Virus record (IMG/VR): IMGVR_UViG_3300005329_000002
Span: 2,670 to 66,669 of that record
Reading direction: 5' to 3' (one strand)
Length of the DNA stretch: 64,000 nt
Source: a virus
The notes under the pieces are model-generated. The model was given only the letters and a program-made list of their open reading frames with translations. It was not told the DNA's origin and made no database searches. Positions 9,797-19,262 of the stretch are shown here, in pieces (the first letter of the stretch is position 1; the number at the start of each line of letters is the position of its first letter). Made by a program: the position numbers and the translations under genes.

Positions 9797-10975
9797 TTAC
9801 GCCGGGATCGTGAGGTTCGCTGCGACCTGAACAGTCGAAATTCCGCGAACAACCGTGCCCTGGTACGAAATTGTGATTTGCCTGTTGTCTGGCGAGGACG
9901 TGACAGCCACGTTGTAGCCGAGCGTTCCGTCGCCCTGAAGAATTGGAGTGATCCACGAACGACGCTCGTTGAGCAGTGCAGTAACACCACTTGCAATTCG
10001 CGTCCGAGTCTCCAATGTGTTTCCGGCCTGAAGGAATCCGCCGCCGACAACGTAATTTTTCACGTCGAGGAACACCTGATCGACAATGATCCTCGTCATG
10101 AGCGCGTCGAACGTCGTATCCGTGATGTAAACGGTGCGCAAATGTGAAATTTGCACTCCGCTCTGAGCAGTTGGAGTTCCGAACGGCACCGAGGTTGGCA
10201 TGAGCGGAGAAACGCCGCCCTGTAGCAAGTCCTCGAAATCGTTGACCGCCGCGCCTGTAACAACCTTGCGCCTGAAAAGCCCAAGACCGTCTGCGCCTTT
10301 TTCAATTCCGGTCAAATTCGGAACAACCCCAAGGTCAAGGTCAGTGGACGGATCGGAGTGCTTCGCCATTTCAGCCGCGACACACGCTGCCGCGTAGCTT
10401 CCCGAGCGAAGAGTTCCAGCCGAGTCGTACACACCCGGAGCAATGAGCGCTGCCCGCTTAGGCCCGGTTCCCGTTGCCCCTGCAATTGCAGTTGCGGCTG
10501 TGAGTAGTGCGGCCTTCGTTGTACCGCTCGCCATGCCCATCAGTGCAAGCTGCTTGTTGTTGAGTAGATCAGCGTTGTTCATCGAAGTTGCGAGCGCGAC
10601 AAGATCGCTCTGCACCGTGGAATCTGTCAGACGAAGCCGGATAAATTCGTCGGACTCCATCAGTGCCCAAATGACCTGACGCTGAACTAGCGTAGGCGTT
10701 GTTCCCTTTGCGGAAGCTCCCGCAATTACAGGGCCAGCGCCAGCATCGAGAATTGCATGAATCTGTCGCGTAAGCTCGGACAGTGCTGCCGTACCGAACT
10801 GCGTAACAGCTTCGTCCCGCCGATTGATCTGATACAGAATTCCAGTCGTAGCCGCTCCACCGGAGTCAGCCTGACCTTCAATTCCAATCGGCAGAAATAC
10901 ATTCTGCCCAAGTCGCTGACCGAGTACGCTTTGGTCAGTGACTTCGGGGTACAACTGCGTAGTTGGTGTTGGCAC
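9797..10975 (-). CDS. contractile tail sheath protein
   Basis: C-terminal DLLQGGVSPL...HLRTVY...RIIVDQV...ITISYQ resembles sheath C-domain; synteny. Confidence 0.8.
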   Translation of the reverse strand: MPTPTTQLYPEVTDQSVLGQRLGQNVFLPIGIEGQADSGGAATTGILYQINRRDEAVTQFGTAALSELTRQIHAILDAGAGPVIAGASAKGTTPTLVQRQVIWALMESDEFIRLRLTDSTVQSDLVALATSMNNADLLNNKQLALMGMASGTTKAALLTAATAIAGATGTGPKRAALIAPGVYDSAGTLRSGSYAAACVAAEMAKHSDPSTDLDLGVVPNLTGIEKGADGLGLFRRKVVTGAAVNDFEDLLQGGVSPLMPTSVPFGTPTAQSGVQISHLRTVYITDTTFDALMTRIIVDQVFLDVKNYVVGGGFLQAGNTLETRTRIASGVTALLNERRSWITPILQGDGTLGYNVAVTSSPDNRQITISYQGTVVRGISTVQVAANLTIPA

Positions 10976-10991
10976 GTCTTTAACCTCCTAT

Positions 10992-11627
10992 CTATGGGCC
11001 AATGGTCAGACCCGGCTGCTGACCAATTTCAGTGATTGCTGGTTCCGGCACACCCATCGGAGTTCGACTGAACACTCTAATTTCAAGCTGCCCGTCAACT
11101 GATCGGTACATCGGAACATCGTCCACTCGTTCAGTCAAGAACCTACCTCCCGTGAATTGAAGAATTTCCAACCCGCCATCGCCTGAAGTGCTGTAGTTCC
11201 ATAGCGCTGTGCGGGCACGAGAGCCATGAAACAAATTTGTGAGAACTTGATACGCCCGCATTCGTTGAGTAGTTCCGCCCGCCCGGTCACTCGTCCAAAT
11301 TCCAACATCGAAGTTGATCCGATGCTTGCGAGCTTCCTGCGGTTTGACACTTCCTGTTCCCGCGTCGTAGTTGTCTCTGAAAATGTTCGGGCCAAAGCCA
11401 AGTTCGTCGTCGTTTATGTCGTCAATTTCAAAGTGAACCAACGTCTTGTCGAACGGAGCCTTGAACGGTTCATTCTCGGTGCCTGGAAATTCCATGATTA
11501 CCTCATAGGCTTCCAAGCCCACCGGATTCCCGAGGTTGTCTAGCACTGCACTGTCGAATCCGGCTTCGGCGTAAGATTTCAAAGTGCGCACCGTAGTAAC
11601 GAGCCATTGTTCAGGATCGTAGGTCAC
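10992..11627 (-). CDS. putative tail terminator/completion protein
   Basis: Position upstream of sheath; INFDVGIW strand pattern. Confidence 0.5.
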   Translation of the reverse strand: MTYDPEQWLVTTVRTLKSYAEAGFDSAVLDNLGNPVGLEAYEVIMEFPGTENEPFKAPFDKTLVHFEIDDINDDELGFGPNIFRDNYDAGTGSVKPQEARKHRINFDVGIWTSDRAGGTTQRMRAYQVLTNLFHGSRARTALWNYSTSGDGGLEILQFTGGRFLTERVDDVPMYRSVDGQLEIRVFSRTPMGVPEPAITEIGQQPGLTIGP

Positions 11628-12193
11628 GGCAAGAACCTCCCCATGATCGGCCCACTGAATCCGCCCTTACCCGGCGACTGAACGTACTGAATGAAATTTC
11701 TCGACTTTGGCTTCCCCTTTCGTGGGTTTGCGTAAATTTCACACCAGCATCGGTGGTATGCCTGAGTCCTCATCATGAATTCCATCGTTCTGCGCAACGA
11801 TAGCTTCCGGATAGGACGGCGTACCCTTCGTCCGCTCTGATGAATTCCAAACTCAATGAAAAACGCTTCTCGCGAGTCGTTGTAAAGCTGCCACGTTCCC
11901 AATCCGATTCGCTTGACTTTCCAACCGAGGTAATACTTCTCTGAAATTCGCCTCACAGGGATTTTCCAAGCAAGCTGCGGCTGGTTCTGCGTGGGATCGT
12001 ATGGCCCTGCCGACATTCGCTGAGCAATCCCCTGGTTGGTGTAGGCCATGAAGCGGATCAGAATGTCCATAGCCCTTGGGAAATTTGCTTTTGACGTTTC
12101 CGCCCACCGAATGTATTCCTCGATGGCATTGAAAGTCTCTGGCGAAATCTGAATCGCCCCTCGTCGTGCGGTATATGGTGAAATTTTAGCCAA
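11624..12193 (-). CDS. neck protein, HK97 gp10-like
   Basis: LYNDSREAFFIEFG..RRP motif; basic. Confidence 0.55.
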   Translation of the reverse strand: MAKISPYTARRGAIQISPETFNAIEEYIRWAETSKANFPRAMDILIRFMAYTNQGIAQRMSAGPYDPTQNQPQLAWKIPVRRISEKYYLGWKVKRIGLGTWQLYNDSREAFFIEFGIHQSGRRVRRPIRKLSLRRTMEFMMRTQAYHRCWCEIYANPRKGKPKSRNFIQYVQSPGKGGFSGPIMGRFLP

Positions 12194-12686
12194 TTGGGGT
12201 GTCCGAAATCAGCCTGAGTCCGAGTTCCCAATGGTGATACGGGTTCCCGTCGTCAGGATCAGGGATGAGGTTTGAATTTACAACCGTGAAACGCTGCCCT
12301 GCGTACTCGATGAAGTCCTCACCACTTCTTCCCCAATCTCTGAAATTCAAAGTCGTACCGAGCCAGTCGCAAGGGAAAATTCCAAGGTGATCGTCCATCT
12401 GAATTTCACCAGCAGCGAAAAGCCCTCGCTCTTCAGCGAGTCTTGTAGCTCGCGTTGACTGAATCGGCTGAACGAATGCCTTCACTGTCATATCAACTGA
12501 ATTTGCATCGGGAAGATAGCCCTGTTCGTTGCAAAGAGGCGCGAGCGGGTGTTGAAAATGCCACTCCATATCCCGAAATCCTTCAGGAGTGCGGCAAGGG
12601 CAAGGCACGAGTGAGTCTGACCGAACGTATCTCACGTCCGAAGCCCGGTTATACAGCAAATTCTTAAATTCAGCGATTGTGCTCAT
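12186..12686 (-). CDS. putative head closure/neck protein
   Basis: Synteny; CPC..C motif seen in myophage neck proteins. Confidence 0.5.
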   Translation of the reverse strand: MSTIAEFKNLLYNRASDVRYVRSDSLVPCPCRTPEGFRDMEWHFQHPLAPLCNEQGYLPDANSVDMTVKAFVQPIQSTRATRLAEERGLFAAGEIQMDDHLGIFPCDWLGTTLNFRDWGRSGEDFIEYAGQRFTVVNSNLIPDPDDGNPYHHWELGLRLISDTPIG

Positions 12687-13369
12687 GGAATATCGATTAG
12701 GAGCCTCGACTGATCGACGCTGATGGGCGCTACTGTACCGCCACCGATTTCAATATCCTCGATGAGCAGGATTACAGAAACGTTCAGTCCAAGAATCTTG
12801 TTTGCCTCGTCGATGATCGACTTGATATTTGCAATTCCCTTATCGTTGGAAGCTTGCTTAATTGAAACAAGGCCCGCAGTGAATTGATCGACTGTGCTGG
12901 ACGAAAGTTGGTTGTAAAGAAGCACGCGCGCAAGCGTGAGAAGCGTCATTCCTGAAATTTGTCTAGCTGTTACTTGATCGATAGTGACTGAGAGCGGATC
13001 AGTTGTCCCCATCACCATTTCAATTACAGCTTCAGCTTCCTGCGCGACAACTGTTTCATTTGCTGATGCGTCTCGAATCATGACGTTATTTGTAATTCGT
13101 CCAAGCGCAGTTTCCACTCCACCCTGAATTGGCTGAGACAATCCGAACTTCGCGCCCTTGGAATCTTCCCACTCAATTGCAAACCAATGGTCTGCTGCGC
13201 CTGCAAGCTCAGTCGTGTAGTACGAAATGTAATTTGGGTAGGTTCCAATCGCACTCACTTGCTCGATGGGCGCGAACGTTCCTGTCTTTGTTGGCGACTC
13301 GTAGATATGCAAATACTTCAAGTCAGGAATGTTTGGCGGAACGAAATCCAATCGAACGTCAGCCATCAC
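12683..13369 (-). CDS. putative head-tail adaptor with N-terminal Ig-like domain
   Basis: Synteny; beta-rich N-half, helical C-half. Confidence 0.45.
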   Translation of the reverse strand: MMADVRLDFVPPNIPDLKYLHIYESPTKTGTFAPIEQVSAIGTYPNYISYYTTELAGAADHWFAIEWEDSKGAKFGLSQPIQGGVETALGRITNNVMIRDASANETVVAQEAEAVIEMVMGTTDPLSVTIDQVTARQISGMTLLTLARVLLYNQLSSSTVDQFTAGLVSIKQASNDKGIANIKSIIDEANKILGLNVSVILLIEDIEIGGGTVAPISVDQSRLLIDIP

Positions 13370-14826
13370 TCACTCCCTAGGATTGTGGTTTCTTCTCCGC
13401 TTGAAATTAGCTGACCCGTTTCGTCACCACTGCTGAAAATCTTCGTCTTGCTGCCGCTAGAAATGATCATCACTTGCGCGCCGGTTGGAATTGTCTGTGA
13501 TGAGATTGTTCGAATTTTCGGCTTCGGAAATCTCGCTGTTGCGACTGCCGCAGTTGCATTGAGCGTCCCAACAGGAACGTTCATTACTGCAATTGCTTCT
13601 CCTGCTGGCGAGCCTACAGCAATCTTTGGAATTGGAACAAGAGCCGTAGCGGTTGAAATTGCTGGTGGTGAAGTTACGGTCTTACTCTTACTGATCGTCG
13701 GCGTTGAAATTGCCGCAGTTGCCTGAGCCGCCGTCATAATGACAGTGACCTTTACAACAGGTGTTGAAATTGATCCAGTAGAGTTCGGCGCTGTCGGAGT
13801 CAGCGTTGTAATCGGAACAGGAGGCACCCTGCTCGCGATTGCTGCCATCGCCGCCGGATTAATTACAGCATTGCCAGTTTTGATGATCGTAGGCCCGACT
13901 GCCCCAGCCGTTGCGCTTGAGGCGCTTGGGCCGACAAAAATCTTCGGTACAGGAGGCGCTGAGAGGCCCGTAGAAGCCGCCGCAGGGCTTACAGGCTGAA
14001 CGGTAGGGGTTGCGGCTACAGGAGCGGCAGAAGCGATCCCAGCGCTTTGCGTAATTGTGATTTTTGGCAGAGGGGCTACGGAGGCTGCTGTAGCAACCGG
14101 AGCCGAAGGCGTAATCGTGATTGTTGGAATTCCAGCAACAGCCGAAGCGGTCGCAATTGCTGGTGGAACAGTTATTACATGCGCCCCAGCATTAATGACC
14201 GTCGGTGCAACTGCTGAAGCTGTGGCCGACGCTGCTGGTGAAATTACCGTGATCTTTGGAACTGGCGCAACACTTGAAGCTGTAGCAGCGCACGCGCCTG
14301 CTCCGATTGTGACGTTGGCCGTAAGAGTTGGCCGAGACGCTGTTGCCGCCATTGCTGAAGGCAACAATGTAATTTTCGGTGTCGCTGGTGAAGTGAACCC
14401 ATCAGCGTCAACTTGAGCACCCTGGACGCGCACTTCTGGAATCGGCGTTGAAATAGAAGCCGTCGCAGAAGCCGCTGGTGAAGTAATTACCTTTGGCTTA
14501 AGGATTGTCGGAGCAACAGCCGACGCAGTTGCGCCCATAGCCGAAGGCGGAATTACAACATTTGGAATTGGAGCAACGCTAGAAGCGGTTGCAGCGCAAG
14601 CCGCTGCTCCGATGGTTACATTGGCAGTGAGCGTTGAAGAGCTTGCTGCTGCTCCTGCCGCCGTAAATGTGTCGATTGCAATTTTTACAATCGGCTCAAC
14701 AGCCGATGCTGTAGAAATAGCCGGTGGTGGTGAAATTGTGTCATCGACCTGAGTTACAGGCAGCGTGACAGTCCTTGGAGGTTCAATCCAGAACGGCCAT
14801 GCAGGATTCAGGTTCAAACGAGGCAA
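13366..14826 (-). CDS. Ala/Thr/Pro-rich repetitive virion protein
   Basis: Many degenerate PxAxxATAxxxxP repeats; near-exact duplicate TLTANVTIGAxACAATASSVAP. Confidence 0.7.
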   Translation of the reverse strand: MPRLNLNPAWPFWIEPPRTVTLPVTQVDDTISPPPAISTASAVEPIVKIAIDTFTAAGAAASSSTLTANVTIGAAACAATASSVAPIPNVVIPPSAMGATASAVAPTILKPKVITSPAASATASISTPIPEVRVQGAQVDADGFTSPATPKITLLPSAMAATASRPTLTANVTIGAGACAATASSVAPVPKITVISPAASATASAVAPTVINAGAHVITVPPAIATASAVAGIPTITITPSAPVATAASVAPLPKITITQSAGIASAAPVAATPTVQPVSPAAASTGLSAPPVPKIFVGPSASSATAGAVGPTIIKTGNAVINPAAMAAIASRVPPVPITTLTPTAPNSTGSISTPVVKVTVIMTAAQATAAISTPTISKSKTVTSPPAISTATALVPIPKIAVGSPAGEAIAVMNVPVGTLNATAAVATARFPKPKIRTISSQTIPTGAQVMIISSGSKTKIFSSGDETGQLISSGEETTILGSE

Positions 14827-15546
14827 TTACACTCCTAACGGCATTCGCTTTGCGAGATACGACTGCGGCTTCACAGGGCCAACCCATCCTGCCGCCCCAG
14901 CAACGTAGTCATCGAACCAAATTACCTGATTGACCGCTGCTGTGTAAACGACTCCAAAGTAAAATTGCCCACCACTTGCCAGAGTGTTCAATCCTGTCGC
15001 AGAAAGAGACTCATCCGGGCTAAACCCATCCCAATTGTCTCCGACGCACATGCGAGTTTCAACTACACCAACAGTCGTGCTGTGAATTACATGCCACTCA
15101 AGTCGATTCCACTGTCCAACAGAACATGCGACTGAGCCAGTCGCTTTTGTAGCCAAAGTGCTGTCACGAATTACAAGATGGTTTGATGCATCGAACCCTA
15201 ACTGCACTCCAACAGCCCCGGCTGCTGTATCAACCTCGATGATTTCTTCAAACGCCGCATCAGCGCCGAAGTTGCGAGACGGCATGAAATAAATTCTCCC
15301 GTAATGCTCGGTGAGACTTCCGACCGATGCCTGCCACCACGCAACCGTCAAATTCGGAACCGTAGCGTCAGTGTTCACACGGTAAGACATTTTTCCATGC
15401 GCTGATTTTTCAGCGTCGTACTTGATCGTGCATCCAGTGGCGAATGAAATACTGTCGAAAGGATCGCCTGATGCACCGCCGCTATTTGCGGCGCTCATCG
15501 TCGTCTCGTCCGTCCCACCTTCGGCGCTGTTTGCCCTCATGGTCAT
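14827..15546 (-). CDS. putative carbohydrate-binding (LamG/ConA-like) virion protein
   Basis: GQWNRLEWH, IWFDDY beta-sandwich pattern. Confidence 0.5.
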   Translation of the reverse strand: MTMRANSAEGGTDETTMSAANSGGASGDPFDSISFATGCTIKYDAEKSAHGKMSYRVNTDATVPNLTVAWWQASVGSLTEHYGRIYFMPSRNFGADAAFEEIIEVDTAAGAVGVQLGFDASNHLVIRDSTLATKATGSVACSVGQWNRLEWHVIHSTTVGVVETRMCVGDNWDGFSPDESLSATGLNTLASGGQFYFGVVYTAAVNQVIWFDDYVAGAAGWVGPVKPQSYLAKRMPLGV

Positions 15547-15551
15547 TTCAT

Positions 15552-16316
15552 CTAGTTCCAGTCCATGAAGTGCGGCTGCTCGACGTTATGTGTAATTGTC
15601 GTGACTGTGTGAACTGCGCCAAGCTGGAACGACTGCGCAGTTTCCTGTGTATCGACTGTGACGCCTGTACCACCGAAAAGCAAATTGTGCCCCGTTCCAA
15701 TTGCGGCCGGGCCTGCCAATCCGCCCGTAGTTCCCTGAGTGCTCTCGTAGCGAAACATTCCGACCACTGTGCTCGACGTTCCCGCCGTGCGAATTGTCAG
15801 ATCGCCGATAATGTAGTAAAAGGCATTTGTAATTGAAGCCGTCAGAGCAATGTTTGGGGTTGCGCCCAACGTGCTTCCGCCTGAAACTGCGGTGCCGCCA
15901 GTCGTCCATGTTCCTGTGTTGTTAATTAGCGGGTTGAAGCCAATGTTGGCTGGTGATGTTGAAGTTGTAATTTTGGCAGCAACCATGATCCTGTAAATCT
16001 GTGGAGCCATCACGCCGTTCAAAGGAATTGGTGTGTAAATCAAGTTCGGCCACAAATTTACAGTTCCGCTGAGCGATGTAGTCGTCTTTGTCTGCGCCGA
16101 CGGATAAGCGAGTACACCCGCGTAAGTGCCCTCGGGCATCATGCACGGAAGGCCAGACTCCCTGATCCTCCGCTCTTTTTCCTCCCACGTCAGCCTGTGA
16201 AGCTGCGCGAGCGTGTCAATGTCGTCTTTGATGCAGACAGGAGCAACCGGATCGAAATTTCCTTCCCTCTCCTGCTTTACAGCGAGCTTCGCAAGGCGTT
16301 CAAGTGCAATGCTCAT
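15552..16316 (-). CDS. Thr/Gly-rich virion-associated protein
   Basis: ORF in head-accessory cluster. Confidence 0.55.
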   Translation of the reverse strand: MSIALERLAKLAVKQEREGNFDPVAPVCIKDDIDTLAQLHRLTWEEKERRIRESGLPCMMPEGTYAGVLAYPSAQTKTTTSLSGTVNLWPNLIYTPIPLNGVMAPQIYRIMVAAKITTSTSPANIGFNPLINNTGTWTTGGTAVSGGSTLGATPNIALTASITNAFYYIIGDLTIRTAGTSSTVVGMFRYESTQGTTGGLAGPAAIGTGHNLLFGGTGVTVDTQETAQSFQLGAVHTVTTITHNVEQPHFMDWN

Positions 16317-16747
16317 TCTGCACCTTCTTCTTCCAAACGATCAACGATTGTTCGTTGCCCGTCATTTTCATTTTCAGCAGGAAGCTCTTGCAGGCTTCCA
16401 TCGCCGCGAAGCTGATCTTCTTTTCTGAAATACGGGATCGGCGGATAATCAATGTCGTCAGGGTGATTGAACTGCTCACCATGCTCACTTCGGTTTTCTG
16501 AAATCCACTTATCCACGAATTCATCGCCAGCAAGGTCGCGGGCATTTTGGTCAGCGTTCTTGCGAGCTTCATCGACTTGCGCTCGTGACGGGATTGTCCC
16601 TGAAATTTCATACGGCTCAGGATGCAAGTCACCAGGCAAGCCAAGCGAAGCTGAACGCTCAACTAGCTCCCACTCAGAAAGCCGAAGCCACGCAACGGCG
16701 TTCTTTTCTTCGTCGGTCAATTCGTCCTGAACTTCAATTTCACTCAT
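16313..16747 (-). CDS. acidic hypothetical protein
   Basis: GGAGG RBS, tight packing. Confidence 0.55.
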   Translation of the reverse strand: MSEIEVQDELTDEEKNAVAWLRLSEWELVERSASLGLPGDLHPEPYEISGTIPSRAQVDEARKNADQNARDLAGDEFVDKWISENRSEHGEQFNHPDDIDYPPIPYFRKEDQLRGDGSLQELPAENENDGQRTIVDRLEEEGAE

Positions 16748-18202
16748 TTACCCTCCGATTCTTACGTGCGCCGTGTTTGGAAGAATTGCCGGAACGTATT
16801 CAAGTGCGCCTGCGTCGTAGGCTGCTCGTACAACGCCTTCCAAGTCAAAGGGAGGCGAATAGCTTGTATCTCTGAACGAGCGAGCGGGAGAGCCAGACTG
16901 CAAATGAAAATCGTCCCCAGCCACGTTGACGAACAGAGGATCAGAACCGCTCAAATTTGTTCCGAGCGTCCAACCAGCCGGAGAAGCTGATCTATCCCCG
17001 CCTGTGTTCGTGTAAAACAAATTGTGGTCGATGTTGTTACTGGCACCCGGAGTTCCTGGCGGGTAAAACTCAATTCCGTAAGAGCTAGAACCTCGTCCAG
17101 TGTGATACGCGAAAATGTTGTTGTAAATTTTCACGTTACTGTCAGAGTCATCGATGATCATTCCAGAAGCGTTGGCTTCAACGAACGTGTTGTGAGCGAC
17201 AATTGCGCCGTTCCCTGCGGCCCCACTGAAAAACTGTAAGTTGTAGCCGTTAGGAATGTTGTAGCTCAAATTTCCAACGAATTGCACATTCAACGCCTGA
17301 ATGTACGAACCATGCTCCTGGTTATCCGTCGTCTGTCCTGCTGGCCCGAGCGGATCGCCAATGTCATGAATTTTGTTGTACTGAACAATGAACCCCGTCG
17401 CAGTATTTCCCTCATGCTGAATTGCCTGAGCCGAGGACTGAGTTACACCGTCTGCACCGACTCTGAACCCGTCAATTTCACCGAACACGAATTGAATGTC
17501 GTGGTTGTTGTTGCCCTCGCAGTAAAGGCCGATTGAATTTCCGTTTCCTGGCGCGCCCTTCTGCGTGTTTTCACCATAGAGCCTTAGACCATCGAACATC
17601 ATGAAATTGTTGCCGGTTGTGGTCTGTACTCTGATTGCACCCTTCGCGCCTGTACTGCCGTCGGGATTTTCAAGAATGAACTGCCGACGATTGGCAGCTT
17701 TCCAGATCAACCAGCGACTTGAATTTGGGCTACGAGCACCGCTGACGAAACTCAGATCGAGCGAGTAGGCTGCTGAGCTTGCTGCTTTTGAAGTTCCATT
17801 CAGCAAGTTCACTTGAACGTCGCCGCTTCCTGGCCACGTAATTGTATTTTTCAACGTGTCCGCTGCTTTTTGCGGAGAAGCCCACGGATTTCCAATCGAC
17901 CCGTCTCCGGTCGTGTCATTTCCCAAAACCGGATCAACGTAGTAATTCGCAACTACGTTCGGGACGTGCAGAGGTAGGAGATTTTCACCAGCCACGGGCG
18001 GAGGCGAAGGGGGAGGGGGCGGAGGCGGTGGAGCAGGCGGCGGTGGAGGCGCGGGTGGTGGTGGCGGGGGGTGTTGACAATGGAAATTCGCTGGCGGACA
18101 TTTTTCGGCGGCATAGTGAACGTGGTTTGCCGCCGCTGAAGTGACGAATAGCAGCGTCATAGCTGCTACCGAAGCGGTAAGAACGGCTTTCCACAATTTC
18201 AT
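16748..18202 (-). CDS. secreted-type right-handed beta-helix (pectate lyase-like) protein with signal peptide and polyproline linker
   Basis: Signal peptide MKLWKAVL...SAAA; Pro run; YYVDP..GND...GSI.NPW (DUF1565-like); NNIF/HNTF coils; DPLFV...DFHLQSGSPA...DAGALE C-cap. Confidence 0.75.
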   Translation of the reverse strand: MKLWKAVLTASVAAMTLLFVTSAAANHVHYAAEKCPPANFHCQHPPPPPPAPPPPPAPPPPPPPPSPPPVAGENLLPLHVPNVVANYYVDPVLGNDTTGDGSIGNPWASPQKAADTLKNTITWPGSGDVQVNLLNGTSKAASSAAYSLDLSFVSGARSPNSSRWLIWKAANRRQFILENPDGSTGAKGAIRVQTTTGNNFMMFDGLRLYGENTQKGAPGNGNSIGLYCEGNNNHDIQFVFGEIDGFRVGADGVTQSSAQAIQHEGNTATGFIVQYNKIHDIGDPLGPAGQTTDNQEHGSYIQALNVQFVGNLSYNIPNGYNLQFFSGAAGNGAIVAHNTFVEANASGMIIDDSDSNVKIYNNIFAYHTGRGSSSYGIEFYPPGTPGASNNIDHNLFYTNTGGDRSASPAGWTLGTNLSGSDPLFVNVAGDDFHLQSGSPARSFRDTSYSPPFDLEGVVRAAYDAGALEYVPAILPNTAHVRIGG

Positions 18203-18216
18203 ACACGATCAGTCCT

Positions 18217-18426
18217 CTAGTCCTCTTGGTCAATCGATTTAATGTGATACGGAGGCGTCTGCTTCATTTCACGCTCCGTCAGAATTTCACGAGCAGCTTC
18301 CTCGGACTCAGCCATCACGGTTATGTCTCTGAAAAGCTCGCGCTCGTTCCCATCGGGGTCAGTGAATTTCGTTGCATGACCGTCAGGAGGAACGAGAATT
18401 GCCCTGAATCTCTTTTCCTTTGTCAT
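18217..18426 (-). CDS. hypothetical protein
   Basis: RBS and packing. Confidence 0.55.
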   Translation of the reverse strand: MTKEKRFRAILVPPDGHATKFTDPDGNERELFRDITVMAESEEAAREILTEREMKQTPPYHIKSIDQED

Positions 18427-18435
18427 TCTCTCTCC

Positions 18436-18882
18436 CTACGATGCTGTGATTTTCAGAACGCCTGTAGCGTCCCACTGAAGAGTGAAAGTTCCGGATGCGA
18501 CAGTTTCATCGCCACCGAAATCCACGTAACCCATGAGCGGCGATGTAGTTGACGTACCCGTTGACTTGTAAACAGTTGAAATTCGAGCGGTGAAGGATGC
18601 CGTTGTCCATGATGAATCGTTTGCATCCAGTCGAGTTTCATTCGTTGCCGTGTCATACGTGAGCGTCTTACCGGCAAGTGTATTTCCGCCAGCGGTGTAG
18701 CCAGTGCCGGTAATTTCATTGGTCGCGTCATTGAAAAAGTCATCCGTGTCCTGGTTAGGAACATACGTTGACGTGTGAAGCGCGTTCTTGATCGTGTCTG
18801 TAACCCAATCGATACGGTTGCCCGCAGTAGTGTCGTACTGCATTTTCAGGCTTAGGCCGTACCATTTACTTGTTACCGCCAA
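18436..18882 (-). CDS. conserved virion structural protein
   Basis: IDWVTDTIKNALH..Y.P, EITGTGYTAGG, L.GYVDFG family seen in many phage head/tail clusters. Confidence 0.7.
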   Translation of the reverse strand: MAVTSKWYGLSLKMQYDTTAGNRIDWVTDTIKNALHTSTYVPNQDTDDFFNDATNEITGTGYTAGGNTLAGKTLTYDTATNETRLDANDSSWTTASFTARISTVYKSTGTSTTSPLMGYVDFGGDETVASGTFTLQWDATGVLKITAS

Positions 18883-18888
18883 TTTACT

Positions 18889-19203
18889 TTACCTCCCCTC
18901 AACAACAAATAGGGCAGGAGCGCGATCAACGAGCTTGAGGATCAAATTCTGATCACCGTCCTGGCTGATTTCAATTTTGGTGCCCTTGACACGTTCCATC
19001 ATTTCAAATGGAATTCGCACTTCGTCCTCGGGCGTTCCGTCTTGGTTGTGCAAAAGAACGAGAGCACACAGCGCCGTAGCGAAACTGTCTGTCACGTTCT
19101 TGAGGTTTTGATAGTCCTTGTTAAATTCCCTGACTTCCGCGTCTGTCATTAGAACGCTTCCGTTCGGAGTCATAGGTGGAGCTTCGATCAGAACGTCTTT
19201 CAT
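18889..19203 (-). CDS. hypothetical protein
   Basis: ATG after AGGAGG RBS. Confidence 0.55.
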   Translation of the reverse strand: MKDVLIEAPPMTPNGSVLMTDAEVREFNKDYQNLKNVTDSFATALCALVLLHNQDGTPEDEVRIPFEMMERVKGTKIEISQDGDQNLILKLVDRAPALFVVEGR

Positions 19204-19262
19204 TCTTCCTCCTGAATTCCTAGGGGGCAGACCCACGCCGTCCACCCCCTGAAATTTCCTGA

